From the NCBI GenBank assembly GCA_964650385.1, contig CAZYTP010000005.1, forward strand, positions 1 through 56,835: DNA of 56,835 bases, written 5' to 3'. The stretch is from an uncultured Syntrophales bacterium (GTDB taxonomy: Bacteria; Desulfobacterota; Syntrophia; Syntrophales; JADFWA01). The position numbers and the translations under genes are program-made. The notes under the pieces were generated by a model. That model was not told the DNA's origin. It saw only the letters and a program-made list of their open reading frames with translations, and ran no database searches. The first letter of the stretch is position 1, and every line of letters begins with the position of its first letter. This document shows positions 40,352-48,887 of the stretch, in pieces.

Positions 40352-40417
40352 AACTTTGAACTTTAAACTCGAAACTTTAAACAGGCATTCATCTATATAC
40401 CGGTGCCTCTCAGACAA

Positions 40418-41206
40418 TCATCTCAAAAACAAAATCCCCTTCAGATACTTCCCCAAAAACATATAAGCCACAGCAGCAATAGACAGGAACGGCCCAAAGG
40501 GAACCGCATATTTCAAATCCTTCCCGTGCATAATCATCATGGAAATACCGATAATTGATCCAAGCAGGGAACTTACAAGAAGTATAAACAGAAGGGATTT
40601 CCAGCCCAAAAAGGCCCCGAGCATGGCCATAAGCTTTATATCACCTCCGCCAATCCCCTCTTTTTTCGTTACAAACTGATATACAATGGCAATCAGATAA
40701 AAACCTCCTCCACCAATTAAAATTCCCAAAATGGAGTCAAGAAAAGAGATATCCATAAAAAAGAACGTTAACAGGAAAAAGAGTGGAATCCCCGGCAGTG
40801 TAATTACATCCGGAATAATCTGATGTTCCAGGTCTATAAATGTTATAATGATAAGGGTACAGACGAATAAAAATGCAAAGAAATACTGAAAAGACAAACC
40901 ATACTTCCAGAACAGAAGCAACGACAACAGGGCAGTTGTCAGCTCAACTACCGGATAGCGATGTGAAATTCTTTTATGACAATCCCTGCACTCCCCCCTC
41001 AAAACAAGATAGCTTATTATCGGTATATTATCATAAAACCTGATGGGATGCGAACAGTTTGGACAGAAGGATTTAGGAAATATAATAGATTTTCCTTCAG
41101 AAATTCGATATATACATACATTCAAAAAACTCCCAACACAGGCACCAAAAACTATAAAAAAGATACTTACAAGATGTCCTCTCAAAAATACTACCTTCCT
41201 GATCAC
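40418..41206 (-). CDS. pilD: Prepilin peptidase
   Basis: GSFLNVCIYR, two CxxC, FIDLEHQIIPD, GGGDIKL, PFGPFL. Confidence 0.95.
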   Translation of the reverse strand: MIRKVVFLRGHLVSIFFIVFGACVGSFLNVCIYRISEGKSIIFPKSFCPNCSHPIRFYDNIPIISYLVLRGECRDCHKRISHRYPVVELTTALLSLLLFWKYGLSFQYFFAFLFVCTLIIITFIDLEHQIIPDVITLPGIPLFFLLTFFFMDISFLDSILGILIGGGGFYLIAIVYQFVTKKEGIGGGDIKLMAMLGAFLGWKSLLFILLVSSLLGSIIGISMMIMHGKDLKYAVPFGPFLSIAAVAYMFLGKYLKGILFLR

Positions 41207-41482
41207 TCATTTTCGGATTTTTCGGCAGTCGATCCCGAGTTTGTCAATTTTCTTGTGGAGAGTATTCCTGTTTATCCCGAGAAAATCTGCAGTAGTGATC
41301 TTCACGTTACTGGAACGTTTCAAGGCAATTTTAATCATGCCCCTTTCTACCATAGACAATATATCCTCGTACAATCTGCTCTTCTCTGTGCCGGTCGAAC
41401 AGAGCAGGGTGACGATATATTCGAGTTCCTCCCCAATAATATCTTCTAATGGTAATAAAGACGCCTGATTTTTTTTATCCAT
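41207..41482 (-). CDS. Fis-like helix-turn-helix protein
   Basis: LYEDILSMVERGMIKIAL...ADFLGINRNTLHKKI. Confidence 0.85.
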   Translation of the reverse strand: MDKKNQASLLPLEDIIGEELEYIVTLLCSTGTEKSRLYEDILSMVERGMIKIALKRSSNVKITTADFLGINRNTLHKKIDKLGIDCRKIRK

Positions 41483-41595
41483 GATTATTCTCTATATTGT
41501 TTCAATTAAAATTGGACAGAATTTAAAGCAAAATGAGATTGATTTATATTACAAAAGGTCAGGAACGAATACAATGAAGTGTTTCATGCTTTTGA

Positions 41596-41611
41596 TGTGA
41601 AATATTTCACA
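41596..41611. promoter_or_regulatory. Perfect CRP-type operator upstream of the fis-pilD-minor pilin genes
   Basis: TGTGA-AATATT-TCACA; candidate minus-strand promoter TTGTAT-17-TAATAT at 41574-41546. Confidence 0.75.
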
Positions 41612-41651
41612 CCAAACCAAATACCATATTTGATGATCCGGTAAAGTTTCA

Positions 41652-42335
41652 TTACAGTTTGGCACGTCTTTCGAGACGCGCCAGGTCAAGTATACGGAGG
41701 GTGCCCTTTTCAGTACTGACCAGCCCCTTTTCACGCAACACCCTCAGTTCCTTGTTAACACTTTCTCTGGTAGCACCTATCATGCTGGCAAGATCTTTCT
41801 GGCTGAGACGCAAGTCAATCTGTATAATATCCCCATCCCGTTTACCATGCGTTTTGGCTAATTCAACGAGCTTTTTCGCAAATCTGGCGGAGATATTGAG
41901 AAAATAAGCATCTTCTAAAGAATCATCAGTCTTGCGCAAACGCATTGAAAGATTGGAAAGGATCGCCTGCATAGCTTCTTCATTATTCCCCAGGAATGTG
42001 ATAAAATCATTTCTATTCAGAGCAAGTAATTCAGATGGCTCGAGTGCTACAGCATCAGCCGAACGCGGCATTCCGTCCAAAAGAGCCATTTCCCCGAAGA
42101 AATCCCCGGCGGAGAAGACCGCCAGGACAGCCTCATCCCCCATCTTGGAAGGGAGTACAATCTTGATGCTGCCCTTTCTGACGATATAGAGTACATTCCC
42201 TTCATCACCCTTACGAAAAAGCACTTCCCCCTTTTTCAAAGATCGCCGTCTCAGCACGCTGCTCAAACGTTTACGATAATCCTGGCCAATAGATTTAAAC
42301 AAGGTGATTTCTTTTAAAATTTTCTCAGGGGCCAT
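41652..42335 (-). CDS. Crp/Fnr-family regulator (cAMP-binding, CRP/GlxR-like)
   Basis: FGEMALLDGMPRSA nucleotide pocket; HTH SQKDLASMIGATRESVNK. Confidence 0.92.
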   Translation of the reverse strand: MAPEKILKEITLFKSIGQDYRKRLSSVLRRRSLKKGEVLFRKGDEGNVLYIVRKGSIKIVLPSKMGDEAVLAVFSAGDFFGEMALLDGMPRSADAVALEPSELLALNRNDFITFLGNNEEAMQAILSNLSMRLRKTDDSLEDAYFLNISARFAKKLVELAKTHGKRDGDIIQIDLRLSQKDLASMIGATRESVNKELRVLREKGLVSTEKGTLRILDLARLERRAKL

Positions 42336-42351
42336 GATTTCCCCTCTCTTT

Positions 42352-42807
42352 TTATCCGTCTTTTCTGCTCCAGTCGTATGGAATATCATTGTTGTGTGGG
42401 TCTACCCTGAATTCATCCGGTTCTTCATAATTGTAAACTTCTGTCGGAGTATTAACCGCAATGGCTTCCTCGATAGAAACACACTTAAAGCCGTGATATA
42501 CATATGGCGGGATATGAACAAGTAAAGGATTGTGCTCTCCGACAAAAAACTCATTGACCTTACCACAAGTGCTGGAATTCTCACGGCTATCGTAGAGGAC
42601 AATCTTCATCATACCCTTGACAACCGTCATGTTGTCGCATTGTTTTTTATGATAATGCCACCCCTTCACTACACCAGGATTAGCAGTTGTCATATACACC
42701 TGACCAAATCCAGCGAACATCTCGTCGTCCCGGCGGAGTATTTCCATCAACCTCCCTCGTTCATCCGGTATCACCTTCAATTTCTTAATCATCACACCTT
42801 CAATCAT
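42352..42807 (-). CDS. dTDP-4-dehydrorhamnose 3,5-epimerase family (cupin)
   Basis: DERGRLME, KGWHYH, IPPYVYHGFK. Confidence 0.88.
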   Translation of the reverse strand: MIEGVMIKKLKVIPDERGRLMEILRRDDEMFAGFGQVYMTTANPGVVKGWHYHKKQCDNMTVVKGMMKIVLYDSRENSSTCGKVNEFFVGEHNPLLVHIPPYVYHGFKCVSIEEAIAVNTPTEVYNYEEPDEFRVDPHNNDIPYDWSRKDG

Positions 42808-43532
42808 GTCTTGTTTGCTCCCGTCTTTGCCACCATATTCCCTGCATATTGAAGAGATTCGAATGTCCCGGCATCACTCCACCAACCATCAAGGATATCC
42901 CACTTCATTTTTCCTTCCACGATATAGAAGTTGTTAACATCCGTAATTTCCAGCTCTCCCCTCTCCGATGGCTTCAGCGTCTTTATAAAATCGAAAACCC
43001 TGCTGTCATACATATAAATACCAATAACGGCATAAGAAGATTTCGGAGCTGACGGTTTCTCCTCAATGCCAATAATCCTGTCTCCTTCAAAAACAGGCAC
43101 TCCGAACCGCTGTGGATCAGAAACCTCTTTCAGCATTATCCTGGCCCCTTCCTGCTGTTTTTCAAAGGCCTCAACCGCTTTTTTGATATTATTCTCAATA
43201 ATATTATCACCAAGAATAACTATGATTTTCCCGTTATCCGCAAAAAACTCCGCGAGACTGAGAGCCGCCGCTATTCCGCCCTCCCCTTCCTGATATGTGT
43301 AATTTATGTGTTTCAGGCCAAACTCCTTGCCATTCCCCAGGAGTTTAAGAAAATCACCAGCATTATTTCCACCGGTCACTATCAATATCTCATCTATACC
43401 GGCATTAACCAGAGTCCTGATCGGATAATAGATCATCGGTTTTCTGTATACCGGGAGAAGATGTTTGTTGGTAACTTTTGTCAGTGGATGCATTCTGCTC
43501 CCCAAACCACCAGCCAAAACAACACCTTTCAT
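42804..43532 (-). CDS. Glucose-1-phosphate thymidylyltransferase-like nucleotidyltransferase (RmlA/SpsI-like)
   Basis: LAGGLGSRMHPLT, KHLLPV, LGDN, EEKP, RGELEITD, DAGT. Confidence 0.9.
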   Translation of the reverse strand: MKGVVLAGGLGSRMHPLTKVTNKHLLPVYRKPMIYYPIRTLVNAGIDEILIVTGGNNAGDFLKLLGNGKEFGLKHINYTYQEGEGGIAAALSLAEFFADNGKIIVILGDNIIENNIKKAVEAFEKQQEGARIMLKEVSDPQRFGVPVFEGDRIIGIEEKPSAPKSSYAVIGIYMYDSRVFDFIKTLKPSERGELEITDVNNFYIVEGKMKWDILDGWWSDAGTFESLQYAGNMVAKTGANKT

Positions 43533-43669
43533 TACGTTCTCCTTTCATTGCAAGCAAGCTCCGTTTTTATATCATACTTTCTCATCCCTTAACAACAATT
43601 GTCTGATATTTGCCATTGATTCAAAAGTTAGTCTCTGATATTTAAAAAGGCAAAGAAAGGGATTGAATA

Positions 43670-44752
43670 TTGACGGACGAATTCTACATGAAAAGAGCCC
43701 TGAAACTTGCCAGAAAGGGAGAAGGCCGTGTAAGCCCCAATCCGATGGTGGGTTCGGTCATAGTGAAAGATGGCAGGATTATTGGCGAAGGATACCATAA
43801 GAAATTCGGGGGAAACCACGCCGAAATTAATGCCATAAACAGCGCTTCAGAAGCTATTAAAGGCACAACCTTCTACGTGACACTGGAACCATGCATCCAT
43901 TACGGCAAGACGCCTCCATGCACGGACAGGATCATCGAGGTCAAGCCCTCAAGGGTCGTTATCGGAACCGCCGACCCCAACCCGCTGGTCTCCGGCAGAG
44001 GAATAGACATACTCAAGAGTCACGGGATAGAAACAGAAGTAGGAATACTTGAAGACGAATGCAGGGTTCTAAATGAAACATTTTTAAAATTTATACAGAC
44101 GAGAACCCCGTTCATCACATTGAAATTTGCCCAGACCATCGACGGGAGAATCGCTACATCAACCGGACATTCAAGGTGGATTAGCTCAGAACCTTCCCTT
44201 ACGTTTGCTCACAGGCTGCGGAGTATTCACGACTGTATCATGGTCGGCGCAGGAACAATTCTCACGGATGACCCGGAACTTACCGTACGCCACGCGCGGG
44301 GCAAAAACCCGCTTCGGATTGTGGTCGACTCGACGCTTCGTATACAGGCAAACGCACGTGTACTGAAGAACCAGGAGAGCGCAAAGACAATTATCGTAAC
44401 CACCCAACGCTGCAACAAAGAAAATTTGAGACATTTAACAGATTCGGGAATAGAAACTCTTATCATCAATAGCGAGAATCAGAAGCAGGTCGACCTGAAA
44501 AAACTCTTAATAGAGCTCGGTAAGAAAGAAATCTCTTCTGTTCTGGTAGAAGGGGGTTCCGAAATTATTACCTCCTTTTTGAAAGAAAAAATCGCCGACA
44601 GGATTGTAATAATCACGGCTCCAAAGATAATCGGAACAGGAACTCCCGCTGTGGGCGACTTAGGAATAAAAAGAATGGACGATGCAATCAAGCTATCCTC
44701 AAGAAAAGTTTTCAAAAAAGGGGATGATATCGTAATTGATGTGAGGTTATAG
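43670..44752 (+). CDS. ribD: Bifunctional riboflavin deaminase/reductase
   Basis: SPNPMVG, HAE, TLEPC...TPPC, DDPELTVR, VEGG. Confidence 0.96.
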   Translation: MTDEFYMKRALKLARKGEGRVSPNPMVGSVIVKDGRIIGEGYHKKFGGNHAEINAINSASEAIKGTTFYVTLEPCIHYGKTPPCTDRIIEVKPSRVVIGTADPNPLVSGRGIDILKSHGIETEVGILEDECRVLNETFLKFIQTRTPFITLKFAQTIDGRIATSTGHSRWISSEPSLTFAHRLRSIHDCIMVGAGTILTDDPELTVRHARGKNPLRIVVDSTLRIQANARVLKNQESAKTIIVTTQRCNKENLRHLTDSGIETLIINSENQKQVDLKKLLIELGKKEISSVLVEGGSEIITSFLKEKIADRIVIITAPKIIGTGTPAVGDLGIKRMDDAIKLSSRKVFKKGDDIVIDVRL

Positions 44753-45256
44753 ATGCCCTGGTATGCAGTACATACAAGAAGTCGTCATGAAGACAAAGTA
44801 CATTTAGGTCTTCTTCAAAAATCCTTCAATGTTTTTTTACCCAAGATCGAGGTATGGAGTAAAAGAAAGGATCGAAAAAAGAAGATCATGATACCGATGT
44901 TTCCGGGATATCTCTTTGCAGAATTACATGCCATGGACAATCAGACGAAAGTAGAAGTTCTCAAGACCTTCGGCGTGGTCAGAATGCTGGGGAAACCGAA
45001 CAGCCATGAACCGATACCCGTCCCGGACGAAAAGATAGGTTCCATCCAAAGGCTCGTTGAATCAAAGGTAGAGATTCAGCACTTCCAGTATCCAAAGGCA
45101 GGTGAACCCGCCCTGATAATAGACGGCCCATTCAAAGGTATTGAAGGAATTGTAGTTAAGACTGACTATACAAAGGAACTCTTCGTCGTATCTATTGACC
45201 TTCTTCAACGGGCGGTAGCCATCCAGCTAAAAGGATTCCAGATTACAAAAGTTTAA
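44753..45256 (+). CDS. NusG paralogue, UpxY/RfaH/LoaP-type antiterminator
   Basis: WYAVHTRSRHEDKV, PMFPGYLF, KOW DGPFKGIEG; starts directly after the ribD stop. Confidence 0.9.
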   Translation: MPWYAVHTRSRHEDKVHLGLLQKSFNVFLPKIEVWSKRKDRKKKIMIPMFPGYLFAELHAMDNQTKVEVLKTFGVVRMLGKPNSHEPIPVPDEKIGSIQRLVESKVEIQHFQYPKAGEPALIIDGPFKGIEGIVVKTDYTKELFVVSIDLLQRAVAIQLKGFQITKV

Positions 45257-45260
45257 ATTT

Positions 45261-45393
45261 AATGCATCCGTAAAAAGTCTGTCATTCCCGTGAAAACGGG
45301 AGTCCATAGAGGGCTAAGTGCTTGAAAAGACTGGATTCCCGTTTTCACGGGAATGACAAAATTGTGCATATTTCGACTTTTTACGAGACCATC
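45261..45393. mobile_element. 133-bp MITE carrying a type-A GTCA palindrome doublet
   Basis: CCGTAAAAAGTC, GTCATTCCCGTGAAAACGGGAGTCCA...TGGATTCCCGTTTTCACGGGAATGAC, GACTTTTTACGAGACCATC; flanks AAATTT/AAATTT. Confidence 0.85.
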
Positions 45394-45419
45394 AAATTTG
45401 TTATTCGTATTCCGATTGA

Positions 45420-45473
45420 CACGGACAAACAATACCGGATCAATGTCCGGCACATGGTTTGTCCATGCCACCC
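45420..45473 (-). repeat. 54-bp nested palindrome, copy 1
   Basis: 47/54 identical to 54433-54486 in opposite orientation. Confidence 0.75.
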
Positions 45474-45515
45474 ACCACAAAATTTCTAATCCCCCTTTGT
45501 ACTTCTTGGGATCAT

Positions 45516-45584
45516 AGTTAAAGCAATTTTATCCTTAATTTTAGATCACTTTAGTCACTTCAAACTTTAGCTCACTTCTACATT
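45516..45584. repeat. CACTTTAG array element, one-armed copy
   Basis: TTTAGATCACTTTAGTCACTTCAAACTTTAGCTCACTTC preceded by a degenerate core. Confidence 0.65.
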
Positions 45585-45633
45585 AGTTGTCCCTTGTCCT
45601 GTAAATCATCTCAAATTGTTTGCTTGGAATGGC

Positions 45634-46638
45634 TTATCTGTTGCCGCTGAAGGCTTTCATAGCTTCTTCCATCAGAAGGTTTCCATACCCTTTATACTTC
45701 GGGGAATAGTGAAATATTGCTATCTTCTTCGCCCCTGCCATTCGTGCCAAACTGCCTGCCTGCATGGCGGTAAGATGATATTTACGCGCTGCCATACCCG
45801 CATCCTCCTGCAGAAAACATGCCTCAATAAAAATAAAATCGGACATACGGGCCAGCTCAACTATCCTGTGTATGTTCTCCTCGCTGTAGACAGCATCCGC
45901 TATATACGATATCCTCTGGCCAGGTGTGATTTTTACGATGGTCTCCTTCAATTCACCGAGAGGCACTATCTTTTCCAGAACCTCCCTGCCGTTATCCCTT
46001 CGCCATACCCTGATCGGGGCATCATCAGGGTCACCCTTCAGGATACTGTCCTTCAAATCGACAAGCCACGCCCCCACGGGAAGTCCCATCTCCTCCAACT
46101 TGTTTCTCTTGATATTTATACGCTTCTTCTCCTTAAGGGAATACGCAAGACAAGGTATCTTATGATCAAGAAAAACTCCCGTAACGGTAAAGAAACTCTC
46201 TTTTACAACTGTACCATCAAAGCTCTCACTGTCACTGACCGTTTCGGGTTTAAAGGCATTCTGACAGTGATAGCGTCTCGTTATTTTACGACCGGGATGT
46301 ATTTCCGTCACCAGAAGCACAAAATCGTTCGTGTAATTTTCAACAAGATTCCAGGTATAGCCGGCTATCTTGCTTTCCACATTCTCAATAAACCCCGGTG
46401 GGCCGAAAAGTGAAAGATGCTTGTCACGCCCCAATAAAACCCTCAATATATGATCAAATCCTATAAAGTGATCCACGTGTGTGTGGGAAACAAAAATATG
46501 ATTTATCTTGAGGAGCTTCCGGGGGGGGAGGGAGTGAATGTCGCCAAGGTCGAAAAGGATTGCCCTGTTTCTGTATCTGAACTCTACATATACACCGGGG
46601 TCACCGAAGGGATCATTGATCAGGAAGGCGTTAAACAT
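45634..46638 (-). CDS. Ribonuclease Z-like MBL-fold hydrolase
   Basis: SHTHVDHFIG, LDHKIPCLAY, exosite-like insertion, YHLTA, FHYSPKY. Confidence 0.82.
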   Translation of the reverse strand: MFNAFLINDPFGDPGVYVEFRYRNRAILFDLGDIHSLPPRKLLKINHIFVSHTHVDHFIGFDHILRVLLGRDKHLSLFGPPGFIENVESKIAGYTWNLVENYTNDFVLLVTEIHPGRKITRRYHCQNAFKPETVSDSESFDGTVVKESFFTVTGVFLDHKIPCLAYSLKEKKRINIKRNKLEEMGLPVGAWLVDLKDSILKGDPDDAPIRVWRRDNGREVLEKIVPLGELKETIVKITPGQRISYIADAVYSEENIHRIVELARMSDFIFIEACFLQEDAGMAARKYHLTAMQAGSLARMAGAKKIAIFHYSPKYKGYGNLLMEEAMKAFSGNR

Positions 46639-46653
46639 GATATGTTTTTAACG

Positions 46654-46697
46654 AAAAAAAGAGGGGAAGTCCAGTATTATCGCCTCCCCTCTTTTTT
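46654..46697. terminator. Bidirectional terminator-like hairpin
   Basis: A7-GAGGGGA...TCCCCTC-T6. Confidence 0.55.
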
Positions 46698-46718
46698 CAC
46701 ATGAGGCCGTAAATCTAA

Positions 46719-46976
46719 TTAACCGCCAATTAGCTTCAACAGTGGATTGGCGTAAAACAATATCAGGGGAATATCCAGTGCATAGATACAGAGAGACTCT
46801 ATCATGACCAGACCTACCATTAAGATGATCAATATCTTGTCCTGGGCTTCAGGATTTCTACCAACAGCATTGGTAGCACCCTGGATTCCGGATCCCATCC
46901 CTATGCCGGTACCGACAGCGCCAAAACCAGCAGCAAGGATAGTGCAACCCAAAACAATTGCTTTTGTATAATCCAC
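46719..46976 (-). pseudogene. atpE: Orphan F0 ATP synthase c-subunit homologue, probably decayed
   Basis: GTGIGMG glycine zipper, GRNPEA loop, IESL.IY; no RBS, Asp/Pro in helix 2, no other atp genes nearby. Confidence 0.65.
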
Positions 46977-47130
46977 AGCAGCCGCCGGACGGGCATTCTT
47001 TTTAAGTGCCCCCTTATCAGCAAAGCACCTGCCCGTCTTTTAATTGTTATACGCATGAAAAAAATTGTCAGGAAATATTTGTTGTGGTACATAGGGGTAA
47101 ATTTAAACTCAGGATTTCTATCAACATACG

Positions 47131-47592
47131 ATGCTTTCAAAAACAGAAATAAAAATAGCACAACACATTCAAGGAGATATTCCCCTTACCAAAAGACCAT
47201 TTGCGCGTATTGGAGAAAAGACAGGAATACGTGAAGAGGATGTCGTTGACGGGATAAAAGGGTTAATGAAACGGGGGATTATCCGAAAATTCGGCGCCAC
47301 TGTCCGCCACCACAGGGCAGGTTTCACACACAACATCATGGTCATCTGGGCGGTTCCTGAACAGCGATGCGAAGAGGTGGGCAGGATTTTTGCCTCTTTT
47401 AGAGAGATCTCCCACTGCTATGAAAGAACTCCCCCCTTTGAAGAAAAGTACAACATCTATACGATGATACATCTCAGGGGAAACGACCAGGAAGGATTTA
47501 TCGAAAAACTCATCTCAGCAACAGGCATAACGGATTTCAAGGTCTTACTAACTGAAGAAGAATTCAAAAAAAGCAGTATGGAGTATTTTTGA
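47131..47592 (+). CDS. Siroheme decarboxylase subunit, AhbB/NirH-like (Lrp/AsnC fold)
   Basis: QGDIPL..RPF, IRKFGA.VRH..AG, ISHCYER, YNIYTMIH, EFKKSSM; coupled to hemL. Confidence 0.88.
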   Translation: MLSKTEIKIAQHIQGDIPLTKRPFARIGEKTGIREEDVVDGIKGLMKRGIIRKFGATVRHHRAGFTHNIMVIWAVPEQRCEEVGRIFASFREISHCYERTPPFEEKYNIYTMIHLRGNDQEGFIEKLISATGITDFKVLLTEEEFKKSSMEYF

Positions 47593-48887
47593 TGAAAGAT
47601 TCCACATCTCTTTTCGATAAGGCAAAAACCCTCATACCGGGCGGCGTGAACAGCCCGGTTCGGGCCTTCAGGGCCGTTGACTCAACCCCAATATTTATCA
47701 GCCACGCTTCCGGTTCCAGGATTTTCGACGTAGAAGGAAGGGAATACATAGACTATGTTTCATCATGGGGGCCGATGATACTTGGTCACAACCATCCTGA
47801 AGTCACCCGCGCAATAAAAGAAGCTGCCGACAAGGGGACAAGCTACGGTGCCCCAACAAATGCTGAAGTCGAAATGGCTGAACTGATCTCGAATGCCTTC
47901 CCATCGATCGAAATGGTCAGAATGGTCAACTCCGGGACAGAGGCAACGATGAGCACCATAAGGCTCGCCCGCGGCTTCACCAACAGGGAAAAGATCATAA
48001 AATTCGAGGGGTGTTATCACGGCCATGTAGATTCTCTTCTGGTCAAGGCCGGCTCCGGTGTTGCCACACTGGGTATTCCGGGAAGTCCCGGCATACCGAA
48101 AAAGCTGGCGGAGCTAACCATAACGCTCCCCTACAACAACATTGAAACTGTTAAATCCGCTGTTAGCATGCATGGAGAAGATATTGCCTGCGTAATACTC
48201 GAACCCGTTGCCGGAAACATGGGTGTTGTCCCGTCACACAGAGGATTTCTCGAAGGGCTGAGAGAGATAACCGAAAGCCACGGCATTCTCCTCATATTTG
48301 ATGAGGTAATTACGGGATTCAGACTAACCTATGGAGGCTTCCAGAATATCGCCGGTATCGAACCCGATCTTACCTGTCTCGGAAAGATAATCGGGGGCGG
48401 TCTTCCTGTCGGCGCCTTCGGGGGGAGAAAAGACGTTATGGAAACCCTCGCCCCGACAGGGCCCGTCTATCAGGCGGGAACCCTTTCCGGAAATCCCCTG
48501 GCTATGGCAGCCGGCATCACAACACTCAAGATCCTTAAGGAAAAAGTTGATTATGACGAAATCGACCGGAAAACGGACTTTCTATGCCGTGAAATGAAAA
48601 AACTCTTTAATCAAAATGAGATCCCCGTCAGCATAAACCGCGTCGGCTCAATGTTTACGATATTTTTTACGGATGACGAGGTCTTCGACTTTGAAACTGC
48701 CGGCAAAAGCGATACTGCACTTTTTGCACGATATTTCAGAGAAATGCTTGCAAACATGATAAACATTGCCCCCTCCCAGTTTGAGGCGTCCTTTCTCTCA
48801 TTCGCCCACACAGATGAAGACATCGAAACAACTCTTGGTGCCTGCGCCGCTGCACTGGAAAAAGTGAGTCTTGCCCATGAAAAATGA
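47592..48887 (+). CDS. hemL: Glutamate-1-semialdehyde 2,1-aminomutase
   Basis: PGGVNSPVRA, NSGTEA, YHGH, FDEVITGFR, GKIIGGGLP, YQAGTLSGNP. Confidence 0.97.
   Translation: MKDSTSLFDKAKTLIPGGVNSPVRAFRAVDSTPIFISHASGSRIFDVEGREYIDYVSSWGPMILGHNHPEVTRAIKEAADKGTSYGAPTNAEVEMAELISNAFPSIEMVRMVNSGTEATMSTIRLARGFTNREKIIKFEGCYHGHVDSLLVKAGSGVATLGIPGSPGIPKKLAELTITLPYNNIETVKSAVSMHGEDIACVILEPVAGNMGVVPSHRGFLEGLREITESHGILLIFDEVITGFRLTYGGFQNIAGIEPDLTCLGKIIGGGLPVGAFGGRKDVMETLAPTGPVYQAGTLSGNPLAMAAGITTLKILKEKVDYDEIDRKTDFLCREMKKLFNQNEIPVSINRVGSMFTIFFTDDEVFDFETAGKSDTALFARYFREMLANMINIAPSQFEASFLSFAHTDEDIETTLGACAAALEKVSLAHEK

Noticed and set aside
45259..45480. 73-aa minus-strand ORF (likewise 51632-51832, 50587-50784, 15895-16077)
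   Set aside because: Built from MITE/REP sequence or overlapping real genes; not credible proteins.
45616..46413. 265-aa plus-strand ORF
   Set aside because: Antisense shadow of the RNase Z-like gene with no recognisable motifs. The same applies to the many other antisense or off-frame ORFs inside housekeeping genes.
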